Position numbers and translations under genes: made by a program. Under the pieces are notes generated by a model. That model worked only from the letters and a program-made list of their open reading frames with translations, was not told the DNA's origin and made no database searches. Of a DNA stretch of 64,000 nucleotides, positions 39,301-53,692 are shown piece by piece. Source of the DNA: the human T2T-CHM13v2.0 reference genome, Homo sapiens; NCBI GenBank assembly GCA_009914755.4, contig CP068257.2, positions 25,408,001-25,472,000 of the forward strand, given 5' to 3'. How positions within the stretch are numbered: the first letter of the stretch is position 1; every line of letters starts with the position of its first letter.

Positions 39301-41136
39301 TAAAATTTTGCTTGTAATACGTTGAAAGACTGACTACCTGTTTACTAAGCCTGTAGGGGGAAAAGTTTGGAAAAAGTCAGATATTAATAGCTTATGTTGG
39401 TTGTCATTTGCTGAGGTGAGCAAGTTATTACAAGGAAAGAGATGAGCTCAGGCAATAATTGGTGTGATTGAGAGCTTACAGAGATGAGAATAAAACAGTG
39501 CAGGAATTGAGGCCTCTTGGGGTTGGAAAAGCTTCCATTGCCAAAATGAGAAGACCTAAGGCCTAAAAAGCTTTCAGTCTCAAAGGCCCATTAAGACTCA
39601 GCACTGTGTCAAAGGCCGCATAAAATGTGGATTTTCTCATCCATCTGATTGTTATAGTAGCAGTGTAGTCAACATGATCTTGAAATGGAGAGCTATCGCA
39701 GTGAAACCAAGGAGTAGACCTGGTGTGAGGACAGTATCTACAAAGAACTTGGGGTATTATTCTTGATACATGGATGCAAAGAATTCACGGTAGGGTAGCC
39801 AGATTTAGCAAATACAAATATAGGACACTTGGTTAAATGTGGATTTCAGGTAAACAACAAATAATGTTTTAGTATAGGTATGTCCCTTTTAATCTATTCT
39901 ATAGTAAATATAGTATACAATATGTGGGGCAAACTAACGCTAAAACATTATTTGTGGTTTATCTGAAATTCAAATTAAACTGTGGGCACTCTGTTTTATC
40001 TGGCATCCACAATTCATGGGCCATGAAGATTTTGAAGGGAGCTATATTACAAAGAAGCCATAAGCCCAGTACTCTGAGTATTAAAATCTTTAAATAACAC
40101 TTGGGTCCACTCCCGAAATTTCAGAAGAAACAAGTGAGCATGGAAATCTGAGGAGCCTGCTATGAGGGCATGACTTCCTAATGTCTACTTCAGATGTGGC
40201 ATGGAGAATAACATTTAAGGAAGAAATTTCCAGAAGGCAGAGTTACGGGCTATGGAGAACAATGAACAAGGATATTTCTCCTAGAAGTAGAATTAGGATC
40301 TACTCAAATACTCCCAGTGCTAGGACATTTGCACCTTCTTGTGTTTTTCCATGATTTCTGTGTATGTTGCTACTGAATCTCCTATTTTCCTTGTCATGGA
40401 TGATGATTTTTCTCGCACCGATCCTTGCTCTGTTGTTTTATATTGACTGTGAGCAAATGCATAAAAGTTGATGATAACATAATTTATTATTTTCTGGTTT
40501 ATGAAGAACCCTATCTGGATTGGAGGACAGAGATCCTAGACTTTGAGCTGGATGCTGTAATGGGATAACACTTAATGTAGTTCCCTAGAGAGAAGTATAA
40601 GAGTTCTGTATGTGGGAGGGAGTCCACACATAGACACTGAGAGGCTACAAGGGCTGAATATTCCAGCAATCTGCCTCTCAAGTCAGTTTTTTTCCCTTTG
40701 CATAGGAAAGGGTCAGCAAATTTTTCGGTCAAGTTCCAAAAAGTAAATATTTGACACTTTGCAGGCCAAGAGGTAAAATAGGGGACATTATGTAGGTACT
40801 TTAATAACAACCATTTAAAACTGTAAAACACATTCTTGGCTGGCAGGCCATATAAAAATAGGCAGGAGGCTGGATCTGACCCAAGCCTGTAGTTTTTGAT
40901 TCTTGGTACTGAGCTGTTGGTAGGAAGCAGCTTCCTAGCTAGGGACTTTTTTTTTGCCCAGGCTTCTTTGCATTTTTTTGGGATCATGTGACTAGTTCTT
41001 ACCAATGAAACGTGAGCAGAGTAAGTCACCTTTAACATGAAAGTGTGCCATTTTCACATTTTCTTTCCTGTCTTATCACCTGACTTTAATGCATAGTCAG
41101 CCTAGAAAGTCAACAATTAAAAATGCAAAATAGAGA

Positions 41137-41467
<331 letters not shown>

Positions 41468-44400
41468 CTAAAGCAGATGTCTACAACTCCAAGGACACAT
41501 GCATTGGTCTATTATGTGAAAAAGTAATCCATTTCTATTACATTAAGCCAATGGATTCTTGAGTTTGATTTATTACTGCAGCTAGTGTTATAAAGCACTG
41601 CTCATTTCATTGATATGTTTTAAGATTGCTAAAGCATATTTAAATGCAGCGCCCCTCCAGAAGCCTAGCATTCTTGTCTATTAAACACTTGTCTTTCTTT
41701 TGTTAATTTTGACAGATCAAATGTTCATTCTTTTTCACTAATATATTGGATCCACTTTTATTACAGTAAGTCCCTATTACATTTTAGTTGGCTTTTACTC
41801 ATTTAGTTTTCCAAATCTACACACAAATTATAAAGTTATATCTTTAGAAATATTATTAAGTTAATGCAAAAAATGCCTACTATTAAAGGAGATGTTCATG
41901 CACTGTGCAAACTTTTGAAGCTTTATCAAGTTATCTGTTTATATTTGTTATATATGTTCATTTTGTCACCCAACCAGTGAGAAATTGGCTGCTTTATGAT
42001 ATCATCATATGATCTGAATAGATAGTATGAAGATATGTGAACAGCAAGATTATTTTCTTTTAACTTTTTAATTCACATACTTGTGTAGTCATTAATTGTG
42101 GGAAGGGGAGGACTCTTACTGAAACATATATTATTTCCTACCTCTCTTTTCCTCTACTAATGAGAGATAAAATCTGAGGTCCTTTAATCAAATATTTTCA
42201 TAAAAAATTATTTAAATCAAAATATTTTAATATTAAAATTTTTATTCAAGTATTTATTAAAATGACTAGAAATTATTGAATCTTAGAAGAGGTACAGATT
42301 AGACGCAGAAGAAAAAAGAATGAGGAAGCAAAGAAAACTGAGATGCTCTCAGAGCAACTCAGTATATTTGATGTCACCAAACAAAACAGATCAGATAAGT
42401 AAAGATGTCTTAAGGCTCATTCGGTGCACATGGGGAGGAAAGATTCACAAAACGGTCTGTCTTTCTCAGCATGTCCCCTAAACTAGAAGTAGTTTCCTGG
42501 TACCCTCTGGCCGCTAAAATTAACTTTCCCTTTGCAAAATCAGTTTGCCACGTATGAAATTTTAAAAGGCAATGTAAAGTTGTTGTGGACTTTAAAAAAT
42601 GTATAACATATTTGAATGATGACACCGTATAGAATAAATTCAAGTGGATGTGATGTTTCTGGTTTGATGTTAGAAATATTTTATCGTCTGTGAAAGTTAT
42701 AAAGGATTAGCTCTAGAAATAAGTATCATTAATATGGGTCAATAAGTCTTCCACAATTATAAAAATATTTGTTGATATAATAGATGTGACCCAGACTTCT
42801 ATGAATTACATATATCAGATAAATAATAAATAATATGCTCCTCAAATGGTAAACAAATGCAAACAAAATTCCAGCTGATTGCTACCTCACCAGCTCCTCT
42901 ATTTGCCTGTGGCTTTAGTTTCTCAGGTTTATTGGAGCCCAGCTTGCTGGGGGACACCCCAGCTCAGGTGTCTTCTTTCTATTGTCTGCTAATTCCAATA
43001 GCATTTGTCCATGAGCCTTCAGACTTCTCAAATTTTGTCATTGTCTTATCCTCTTCTATTCTTTCCATTTTTGTGGATGTATGACTTTTTTTGGGGAAAA
43101 ATGTTTTGTTTTCATATTTGTCAAATCTTAGGAGAATGTGAAACTTGATATTGATCAAATCTATCATGCCTGTTTGTAAGTTCAGTGTTTTCTTTGATAG
43201 TAGGGTAAACACAGCTTGATATTGGTGAAAACTGGGTTTTAAATATGTGTGATAGTTTCCTCAGAGGGAAACATCTACATTTTATCAAAACAATAACAGT
43301 CCTCTTAGGAACAAACACTCTCTGACCACCAACCATCAGTGCCTAAATTACTCATGTCTTTAAAATAGCACAAGAAATGGTCAATAGAATCTACCTTGGT
43401 TTGTTATAAATAGCTGGAATCTTATATTAGGAATTAAATCTCATTCTCCTGGAGTCTTAATCTTGTACTAATTTACTCTAGGCTAGGAACGCACTTTTGT
43501 TTTTCTCCTAAGAGGAAAAATATAAAAATATAATTAGTTTGTTCTTGGATATGTTGGATTTAATGGACTCAGAGAACTTATTCTCCACAGAGCCAGATAA
43601 ACATATTTGGCTTTGTAGGCCTTATGATCTCTGCCACAATCACTCACCTTTGTCACTCAAAAAGAGTCATAAACAATAGGCAAACAAACAGGACAGCTGG
43701 GTGAATTGCTTTAGCCTAATGGGTAAGACTCCAGGAAGACCATGGATGTATTTTAAATGAGGTTTTTCAGTAGTTCACATAACAATGACAAAAAACGCAA
43801 CAAATTGTTGTTATCCTGATCATCACTGCAATCTACCAAGCAAACACCAGTTGACTGAAAAATAATTTTTAGCTAATTAGAAATTTCTTTATACCCAAGA
43901 GTTTCCCCCAGAGCTACTAAAACACAGGCAGTTATGTGAATCATGTGTTATAAGAGGGGGCTTAAAGGCATGGTTAGACATGGTTAGCGAAAGTCAAAAT
44001 GAGAGATAATAGTTTATATTGACGTTTCCTTTGTTTTTGTTTTTATTTCATCTTTTCAAGTTTGTGTAGCTCTATGGGATAGTATATGATGATCATCTTC
44101 AATCTTTAGCATGTGTAAGAAATATCTACAGGACTTGTTGGGCGCCACTACAAGAAACTCTGAATTGATAGGTCTGGTTTGGTGCCCGAAAATTTGTATT
44201 TTGAAGTTTTCAGGTGCACTCTTTCAGTAAAATCACCCAAGGAAATCTTTGCCCTGTATGTACTTGACCAGATTATATGCTCCATGTTAGATTTTAGAAT
44301 AGTGATGTTTTGTATTATATTTGTAGACTTATGACCTATGTTTTTCTTCTGCTGCTAACCTAACTGGGAAGACCAACTATCATTTTAAGATAGAGTCAGA

Positions 44401-44846
<446 letters not shown>

Positions 44847-45944
44847 TTATTACAAACATCATGTGGTTTTAAAAATTATCTTCAATGTGATTTTATATAT
44901 TACATTTTTAGAAAAATATTTTTGGTCTTTTTGTGAGCATAATAGTATGCATGTTAGGGAAATAAGCTGAAAAGAGTGAAAGTAAGTATTCCACTTGTTC
45001 TTTTTTATTTTTTTCCTTAATGATTCTCTTGAATAAGTTAGGCATTCAAATCGGTTTCTTGGAAGTTCAGAGTTCTTTCTTGAAAAGTTTATCTTTCCTC
45101 TTTGCCTTTTCTCTTGCTAACTTTGACTAAGATTTAAAATTGAGCAAAAAACCACTGGATTCTTTGTAGCCTGTTTCTGCGTACAGGGTTCGTCACTCTC
45201 TTATCTCTTTAGCTTTGCTTTGACATTCCCCTTGTGAGCAAAATCATTAAAAAGCAAGAGAACCTTTTGGACTTTCCTTTCGGATGGTTTCTGATAACTC
45301 TGACCATTTTAATATATATTTTGGCTAACCTGTAGTAAGTACATGGTATTTACTATTACTACTGTTACTACTGATATCATTGGTCTATATTTATGGAATT
45401 CACCTCTTTTTCCCTTTTGGAATACTGGAATATATTTGCTTTCCTCCAATTTTCCAGAACCTTTTCAATCTCCACATTTTCACAAATACCTGAATCAAAT
45501 CATGTACTATTTATTCTAAGCATGCAACTTAACACTTGTTTAAGGCAACCTAGGTGTTTGCGTATCCATTGCTCATGAATCTTGAGTTTAAATGATGTTC
45601 GTTTCTATTCCTATCTGCAGATCATTCTTACCAGATGGTTCACAAGAAAAATTACTTTATATCCATCAGTGTTGCATAACTACACACAATGATAAAAAAT
45701 ATTCTTTGTGTGACTCTGCTCAATGAGAAATATTTACCATATTTTGATGATCTTAGTATATGTAGAGTAGTTTGTATTAGCCTTTGCTACCCATATTCTA
45801 CATATTTCCCTTTAAATAATTCCTAGAATTTATTTTCTTGTTGTATTTCAAATTTTAGTAAGTTTGGTAAGTTCTTTAAACGTATTAACTAATTTAATTC
45901 TCACAAAACCCTAAAATGTAGATAAGAAACTGTGGATAAGATTA

Positions 45945-46095
45945 TGCTCCCTACATTTTAGATGAAAAAATTGAGGCACCAAGAGGTGGAGTAACTTGGC
46001 AGTATCACCCAGTGGCTAAATTTCAGAAGGAGGTGGGATTCAAACTCAGGCAGCTGGATTGCAAAACTGAAACTCCTAACTGCCCTTTTACCTTG
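45945..46095 (-). mobile_element. MIR SINE fragment (minus strand).
   Basis: attttagatgaaaaaattgaggcaccaagaggtggagtaacttggcagtatcacccagtggctaaatttcagaaggaggtgggattcaaactcaggcagc resembles the reverse complement of MIR (TTTTACAGATGAGGAAACTGAGGCACAGAGAGGTTAAGTAACTTGCCCAAGGTCACACAGCTAGTAAGTGGCAGAGCCGGGATTCGAACCCAGG). Confidence 0.6.
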
Positions 46096-47039
46096 TTTCT
46101 ATAACTTCATTGTAGAGACACCATTTAAAAAAACTATTATCCCTTAATTGGGGATTGACAGTGTCTGTAATTACAGTTAGGATTATATTATTTTAAATGT
46201 ATTCTTTGGACCGTCTTATCTTTCAGAATTTCATGCTTTGAAATTGTTTTTTTCCTGAATATTTTACAACCAGCCTTCCCAAAGATGGCAACCTGTTTTG
46301 GGTCATTTCTTCCTTCTAGTTTCTTGTTATTACAAACAATAAGGTGATATAGCCTTTTTCTCTCTAAGTCCCCACAATCATATTCTGTCCAGGAATCAAT
46401 CAATTACTCCCTATTGATGAAAATTATATACACTGATATAATCATTCTAATGTCTCCTCTTTCCCTCTCTAAAATAGAATTGGAAAAGTCAAGAAGTATT
46501 TAATCCTTCTGTATTTAGTTGAAAGAGAGTTTGTGCAAATAAACTGAAGTTGAGATTCCTTCCTTACAATTCTGGTCCATTTTTGTAACAGTTTGTAAGT
46601 GTAAAGAATGCATCACTTATTTCTTTTAGCCGGCTGGAAATCCAAAGTGAAGTCTGTTATCATTTCTCTTTCTCCTTTTTGTCTGTACATATTATACTCT
46701 TATTTCTTCTTAACCCCTATGCTCCATGCAATTCTATACAGGAGTGGTTGGTAAAACCAATGCCCCTTGGGTAAATAGTCTTTAGAAAAAATTCCCTTTA
46801 GACACAAGATATAGTCTACAGCTTGTGGCTTTCAGTAAAATGTAATCTCCCAGGTATTCATCCTGCACAATCATACAAAAACTATGCTAATATTTTAAAA
46901 CATTATTTCATTTAGTTCTTACAATCACATGAATTAGAGATAATACTGATTTACAGTTGGGGAAACTGATGTAACTATTTTACAGTGGCAGGTAGAGGGC
47001 TCTGTCAAGTTGTCTGGCTCTGAATCTCTCTCTCTCTCT

Positions 47040-47880
47040 TTTTTTTGTAAATAAAGTTTTTGTTCCCCCAGCTTAAAGTAAAATAAAAATGGTATATATT
47101 TATGGTATGCAGCATGATTGATATACATATATTATAAAATGATTACCACAATCAAATATATTCGTCACCTCTCCCAGTTATCATTTTTCAATGAGAAATT
47201 TCAGATCTACTCTCTTAGCAAATTTCAAGTATACAATACGGTACTATTAACAGTCACCATGCTGTACATTAGATTTCTATAACTTATTTATCCTGTCTAA
47301 CAAACTTTGTACTCTTTGGCCAACATCTCACCATCTCCCCCTCACCCAGGCCCTGACAACCACTTTTTAAGATTTCACGTATATATGAGATTATGGAATA
47401 TTTGTCTTTCTGTGTCTGATTTATTTACTTAGCATAATGTCCTCCAGCTTCATCCATGTTGCACATGACAGAACTTCCTTATTTCTTGAAGGCTGAATAA
47501 TATTCTATTGCAGAGAGGTAGATAATCACATTTTGTTTCTGCAACCATTAATGAATACTTAGGTCGATTCCATATCATGACTATTGTGACTAATGCTGCA
47601 ATGAGCATGAAATGTACGTATCTCTTTGAGATACTGGTTTCATTTCCTTTGGATACGTACTCAGAAGTAAGGCTGCTGGATATTGTGGCAGTTTCATTTT
47701 TAATTTTGGGGGGAACCTCCATACTGTTTTCCATAATGGTTGCAACAATTTACATTTCCACCAAAAGCATATCAGAGTTTCGTTTTTTGCACATCCTGGC
47801 CAACACTTACCTATTTTCTTTTTGGTAATAGCCATCAGTTGTGCATTTGCCTGGTGATGAGTGATGTTGAACATTTTATC
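47040..47880 (-). mobile_element. Old LINE-1 3' fragment (ORF2 C-terminus plus 3'UTR) on the minus strand. Its 3' end is at ~47040, next to a (TC)n/(T)n tract.
   Basis: Minus-strand ORFs 47590-47874 (..GCAKNETLICFWWKCKLLQPLWKTVWRFPPKLKMKLPQYPAALLLSTYPKEMK) and 47450-47734 (..FMLIAALVTIVMIWNRPKY..) match L1 ORF2p C-terminal (..CWWDCKLVQPLWKSVWRFL..IPFDPAIPLLGIYPK..; RMFIAALFTIAKTWNQPKCP). Confidence 0.85.
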
Positions 47881-49675
47881 ATAAACCTGTTGTCCTGGTG
47901 CTTGAGCTGTCTCATATAAATAATAGGCTTTATTTAAAATTTGAGTCGTATAAAGTGGATGATAACTTTTAAATGTGTCTGCTCTATTTATTGCTAATAA
48001 TTTGATATTTGGTCAAGGTAACTTTGACTTGAATTACTAAAAATTTGCCTGATGACTTTATTGATTTTGTGTTGTTTTATTTTCCAGCTAGTTTCAAAAA
48101 CTGATGGCATGCAAAACAGTGATAAATTTGGCTATTTAAGTACTGTGCCAAAGTTGATGTGTTGGCTTATTTGTTGTTGGAGTAAATCAAAGACTAGAAA
48201 ATATATTAAAATTGCTCTACCTACTTGCCGTGCAAATTATCATAATGATACAAATGACTTGGGAAATATTATATAAAACATTGTCTGAAAGTTAGTAGGC
48301 TATTCGCTCTCAAATTTATTTTCTACTCTTCCTCCGCTCTGTATTCATGAGACCCTAATTTACCATAATCCCTTGCCTTTTAACTTTCAGGGAAATGTTA
48401 GGGGGCCTGCCTTTTATCATTATGGAAGACTGAATATAAAATTCTGCATTGTCAGTCTTTTACTTTCTGGATGTTAAAGATGTTATTCATAGTTTTCAGT
48501 ACTGTCTGCTGAAAAGTATGCAAATATATTCATGTTTGTTCATCTGAAGGTAATGTGTCATTGTTCCTCTGGCCACTTTTTACATTTATTCTTTATCATT
48601 GTTTTTAGTAATTTGATAACAAGCCTTGGTGGTCTCTTCCTTTCTTCTTTTCTTTCCTCCTTATTTATTTTTTCTGTGTGCAGGATAAACATGCATGCAC
48701 ACAGAAAAATGACTTCAGATTTGCATAGTTGTATCTTATTTATTTTTTCTGTGTGCATGTATGTTTACTCTGCTTGGTGTTTGTTGAGGTTCTCGGAAGT
48801 GTGGGTTGATAGTTTTCATCAAATTAGAAAAGTTTTGGCCAATATTTCTTTAGATATTTTTTCTGGTTCCTGATCCTTTCAGGGATTTTTGTTACACAGA
48901 TGTTAGACCTTATTAATGTTCCAGAAGTCACTGAGACTCAATGACATATTATTAGGCTTTTCTCTGTATTTCAATTTGAATATATTCTACTACTATTTCC
49001 ATTTCTTAAAATTTCTGCTCTTCTTTTCTCCTCTCCTCTCTTCTTCTTCTTATGTTTGTTCTCCTTTACTGGAGTTCTTAAATGTATGTTATAAACGCTG
49101 TTTTGACATGCTTGACTGCTAATTACGTTGTCTCTGACTTTGTTTTTAAATGTAGCTTTTTGTATTATTCAGATATTTCAAGACCAACAGATGAGGAGAC
49201 AATTGCAATTGAAAAGATAGATTATTATACTCAGAGTTCCCAAAAGGGGGTGGAACCAGGGTTTGTCTGGAGGCAGAAGGAGCAAGGGGAAAATGTGGGC
49301 AATAACTTTTATTGTGGTTTTCATGGGAAGGAGTGGAAGAGGCTGTATAAACGGGTTTAGAATTGGCTAGCTTGAATAATTTCAGGGTGCTGCAAAACAT
49401 GAGTTATCCCTAGTTACCTGGCACCTGACCTGGGGTCGTTAAGGCAGAGGAACAGTGGTCCTAAGTGACAGAGACTGTGAATACCCGGTTTAAAAGGCAG
49501 TTGGAGTGTTGGCTGTGGATTGGTTATTTTGCATATAAAAGGCATGCTTACAGAGAGTACTGTACTGTTTCTAGAACTGGCCAACTCTGGGAGGAGCAGT
49601 CCCTCACAGTCAGCAAGGCCTCAAGATGTCAAAGCATCAAATACGGAAACTAGAAAATGTAGTTATTACCAGATC

Positions 49676-49970
49676 TTTTTTTTTTCTTTTTTGAGACAGT
49701 GTCACTCTGTTGCCCACACTGGAGTGCAGTGGCACAATCTTGGCTCACTGCAACCTCTACCTCCTGAGTTCAAGCTCTTCTCCTGCCTCAACCTCCAGAG
49801 TAATTGTGATTACAGGTGCCTTCCACCACACCAGGCTAATTTTTGTATTTTTAGTAGAGACGAGGTTTCACCATGTTGATCAGGTGGTTCTACAATTTCT
49901 GACCTCAAATAATGCACCCTCCTCGGCCTCCCAAAGTGCTGGGATTACAGGCATGAGCCACTGCACCCAG
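49676..49970 (-). mobile_element. Full-length Alu (minus strand), moderately diverged. Target-site duplication ~AGATCTTT.
   Basis: tttttttttttcttttttgagacagtgtcactctgttgcccacactggagtgcagtggcacaatcttggctcactgcaacctctacctcctgagttcaagc...ggcatgagccactgcacccagct. Confidence 0.95.
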
Positions 49971-52843
49971 CTATAAGATCTTTATGTCTGTTTATACTGA
50001 TTGATTTTTCTCTTTGTTGTGAATAACATACCCTTGCTTCTAAGAATGTTTAGTATTTTTTGATTGGATGTTGGGCATTGTGAAGTTAAATTGTTGAGTG
50101 TCTGGATTCTGCTGTATTTCTTTACAGAGTGTAAAATTGGTGTTGGTATGCAGTTAAGTTACTTTCAGATTAGTTTGATCACCTTGATGTGTGTTTTTAA
50201 GTTTTGCTAAAGTGGATCTAGAAGAGATTCACTCCAAGGATATTTCAGCCCTCCTACTAAGGTACAAATTTAGTTTTCCTTATGGAATTATTTTTGTCTT
50301 ATTATTAATGAATATCATGAATGCTTATAAGGTACCAAGAAGTGGACTAAAATATGCAACAGAACATGAAAAAGGTACAGCCTATATCATTTTCTCATAG
50401 AACTGTTAAGTGGAGATAGGCATATAAATAAACTAAATATGTGACCAACAGTGGCATATGAAAAGTGAGATACTGTACAAAGTTTTGACCAACAGTAAAA
50501 TATGTACATGCAAAAATATTTAAATTACACTGTATTCAGTAAGGTAGGCCCTGAAAAAGTCTGTTAGGGCTTCATAAAATTGTATGTGCTTTAGCATTTG
50601 AGCATCTATTGTGTACTGCCAGCCTAGCATTGTGCTAAGTCATAGAGATACAATGGTAAAGAAAACACATCCCTGGCTACAAGGAGCTTATCATCTTATG
50701 AGGTACAAAGACAAGTAATAGTGCTTCTAGAAGAATAAGTCATTTGTGTCGTGAAACTGTATATGTGTAAGCCAGTCATTAGGCACCATGGAGACCTTCT
50801 AAGATGAAGCTGTATAAACTAAAAACAAATGATTATTATAATTTTGTCTGGCAAAGGAATAAGAAGATTGGGAAAGTGCTTAGAAGTGATTCATAGTAGA
50901 GGAAAAATCACACCTAAAAACTTAGAGCCCCGAGAATAGTGAACATTTATGGAATGAAAGTTATAGTAGTTTGTTTCTGGTAGGACCTGCTAGTCAGGAG
51001 TAATGAAATATGGCACAGAGCAAGACAAAATAGGCAGGAAGTGGTCAGCCAATGGAGAGTTTGCCATGAAATATGAAAGAGTCTGTATCTTATCTTGAGA
51101 AGAGTGGGATCCTTCCAATGGTTTTCAGCACCGGAGATTATGGACATGAAGCTCAGGAGAGAGGCCTGAAATGGTGGCTCATGCCGAGGCTTGAAGGATT
51201 AATGTATTAGTTCATTAGGGCTGCAATAATAAAGTAGCACAAATTGGGTGGTTTAAATAATAGAAAAACAACAAAAATAGTTCTAGAGGCTAGAAGTCTG
51301 AGATCAAGGCGTCATCAGAACTGGTTTCTTCTGAGGGAGACTCTGTTCCATTCCTCTCTCCTTGGCTTGTAGATGGCCATCATCTTTCTATGTCTTCACA
51401 TCATTGTCCCTCTCTACTTGTCTATGTCCGTGTTTCCTTTTCTTGTGAGAATACTGGTCATGCTGGATTAAGGCCCACTTTAATGACCTCATTTTAACTT
51501 GATTACCTCCACAAAGACTATTCCAGAATAAGGTTATGTTCTGAGGTATTAGGGGTTACGACTTCAACATATGAATTTTGAGTGGACACAATTCAACCCA
51601 TAGCACCCCCGTGTAAGAGCTGGGAAGGGAAAGTGGCTAAGTTGTGCAAATGTGCACATTGGTTGGAGATGATTAACTTCTGGCATGTAGATTCAACACC
51701 CAAGAAGTGAAATACAATGGATAAAAATGGCTAGAAGATAAAGTTGACAGTGGCAATAACAATATGGATTAGACTTGGCAAAGTTATGAAGCAGGAAAAG
51801 TGGGTATTGAGGCATCCTCTACTTTGATGTTAGGAAATTATTTTTTAATTTTCCACTGATTTTAATTTATAAATTCTCTGATTAAAAATTTGTTATAGTC
51901 TTACCTTTCTAGGGCTTGGTTACTAGGCTATAGTACAAGTTACTATACACTATATGTAAAGAGTATTAGATTGTATTTTTGTCTTGTTACCAGATAAAGT
52001 AATGGTCATTTAAAGCTATTTCTTCCAGCCATGAAGTCAGGGTATGATTAAACAAAATTCCATAAATAACTTGATCACTATGAAATGAAATCTGTCTTCT
52101 TATGTTTGGCATTCAATTGACTACATCAGATGTTGTTTCGAAAGTCTTTTCTCAACAACAGTAAAATACACAGCCTGATATTCCCATTGAGAATAGACCA
52201 AATTCTTTTGACCTAAAACTAGAACTAGTGAGAAAGTTGTATAAAAAATTACACCCATGTTAAAATGGATACATTGCTCTTACCTCTAAATAGACAAATA
52301 CTGGAAGCATTACAAATGAAGTAATGTTTTAATATTTCACAGCTCAAAAATTAAGTGCTAATGTATTTTTCCCCTGAATTTGTTGAAAACTATTTTTATT
52401 GCTTGTGGTACTCCTGAGAAAACGAAGGTTCTGGATTTTGATTCAAGATTCTAATGTGTATATTTTCTATGTCTTTGGCTTCATTGTGTTTTTTCATAGC
52501 TGACCCAGCTTTCTGCAGAAAACAGGGCAGTCAATATATTTGGAGCCTTGACTCTCTAAACTTTAACCACACAAGAAGAGACAGACTCTCTCTATTTGTT
52601 ACAGTTCCTAAATACTCTAGCTTAGGACTGATATTCACCCTTGACCAATCAACTGTATCTAGGCCCGGAATCTTGGGGAAGGGCCCTGCCATCTTGGGTC
52701 AGGTGATGACTAGACTAATCCGTTATGGTCAGGGTAACAGAGAATTAATCAAGTACATTGAAGCTCACAGGAAGCACATATGTAGGTGCAAAGAGTTAGG
52801 TGGAACACGAGGACAGAAGTAAACTCCAGAGAAAAGGAAGTGC

Positions 52844-53165
52844 TGGCCAGGCGGGGCGGCTCACACCTGTAATCCCAGCACTTTCGGAGGCCGAGGTGGG
52901 CGGATCACCTGAGGTCCGGAGTTCAAGACCAGCCTGACAAACACGGAGAAACCCCGTCTCTACTAAAAATACAAAATTAGCCGAGCGTGTTGGTGCATGC
53001 CTGTAATCCCAGATACTTGGGAGGCTGAGGCAGGAGAATCAACCTGAACCTGGGAAGCGGAGGTTACAGTGAGCTGAGATCGCGCCATTACACTCCAGCC
53101 TGGGCAACAAAAGCTAAAATCTGTCTCAAAAAAAAAAAAAAAAAAGAAAAAAGAAAAAAAAAAGA
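52844..53165 (+). mobile_element. Full-length Alu (+) with a long interrupted A-rich tail.
   Basis: ggccaggcggggcggctcacacctgtaatcccagcactttcggaggccgaggtgggcggatcacctgaggtccggagttcaagaccagcctgacaaacacggagaaaccccgtctctactaaaaatacaaaattagccgagcg... The flanks are ggaagtgct| and |gaaagtgctgag. Confidence 0.95.
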
Positions 53166-53664
53166 AAGTGCTGAGTAGATATCCTTCCAAGTAGGTGTTT
53201 CACAATGTTGTTTCTTTACATAATGCTGAAATTAAGTATTTATTCTTAATTCATGTATTCTGTAAACCTTTTTGAGTATCTCTGTGCCCAGCACTGGTCT
53301 AGGGTTTGGAAATGAGACAGCAAACAAAGCAAAGTCCATAATATCATGATGCTTACTTTCTGGTGTGGACATGGAGATGGGAGGCAAACACAGAAATGCA
53401 TGAATAAAATACCTTGTCCAAGACGGTAAGAGTAACAGAGAAAAGTGAAAAGGGGAAAGGAGAGAAGAGAACTGAAGTGCAGTGTGGCTGCATTTTATAT
53501 GAGTAATCAGCAAGCTTAAGTGATAAGGTAGCATTGAATAAAGGCCAGAGGAAAGGAAGGAGTGACCCATGAGGATCTCTGAAGAACATTCTGGTAGAGG
53601 GAATGGTTTATGGAAACAAACAAACAAAACTACAATAAACAAAAACTTGTTTTTCTCTAATCAT

Positions 53665-53692
53665 GGTATATATATATATATATATATATATG
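53665..53692. repeat. (TA)n microsatellite.
   Basis: tatatatatatatatatatatatatg. Confidence 0.9.

Noticed and set aside
40511-41038. 175-aa minus-strand ORF, the longest ORF outside obvious repeats
   Set aside because: It has no recognisable domain or motif, and its composition is typical of random AT-rich genomic ORFs. The underlying sequence (..ggcctgcaaagtgtcaaatatttactttttggaacttgaccgaaaaatttgctgaccc..) resembles a diverged old interspersed repeat rather than an exon, and there is no splice or coding-periodicity support.
53232-53642. 136-aa minus-strand ORF
   Set aside because: It has no motif. The +strand sequence here (..cccagcactggtctagggtttggaaatgagacagcaaacaaagcaaag..gagaactgaagtgcagtgtggctgcatttt..gaataaaggccagaggaaaggaaggagtgacccatgaggatctctgaagaacattctggtagagggaatgg) loosely resembles a common ancient mammalian interspersed repeat (the '..ccaggcactgttctaggcactggg..gaaggtgacatttgagc..gagggaacagc' type). 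It is probably repeat-derived, and I did not count it as a confident feature.
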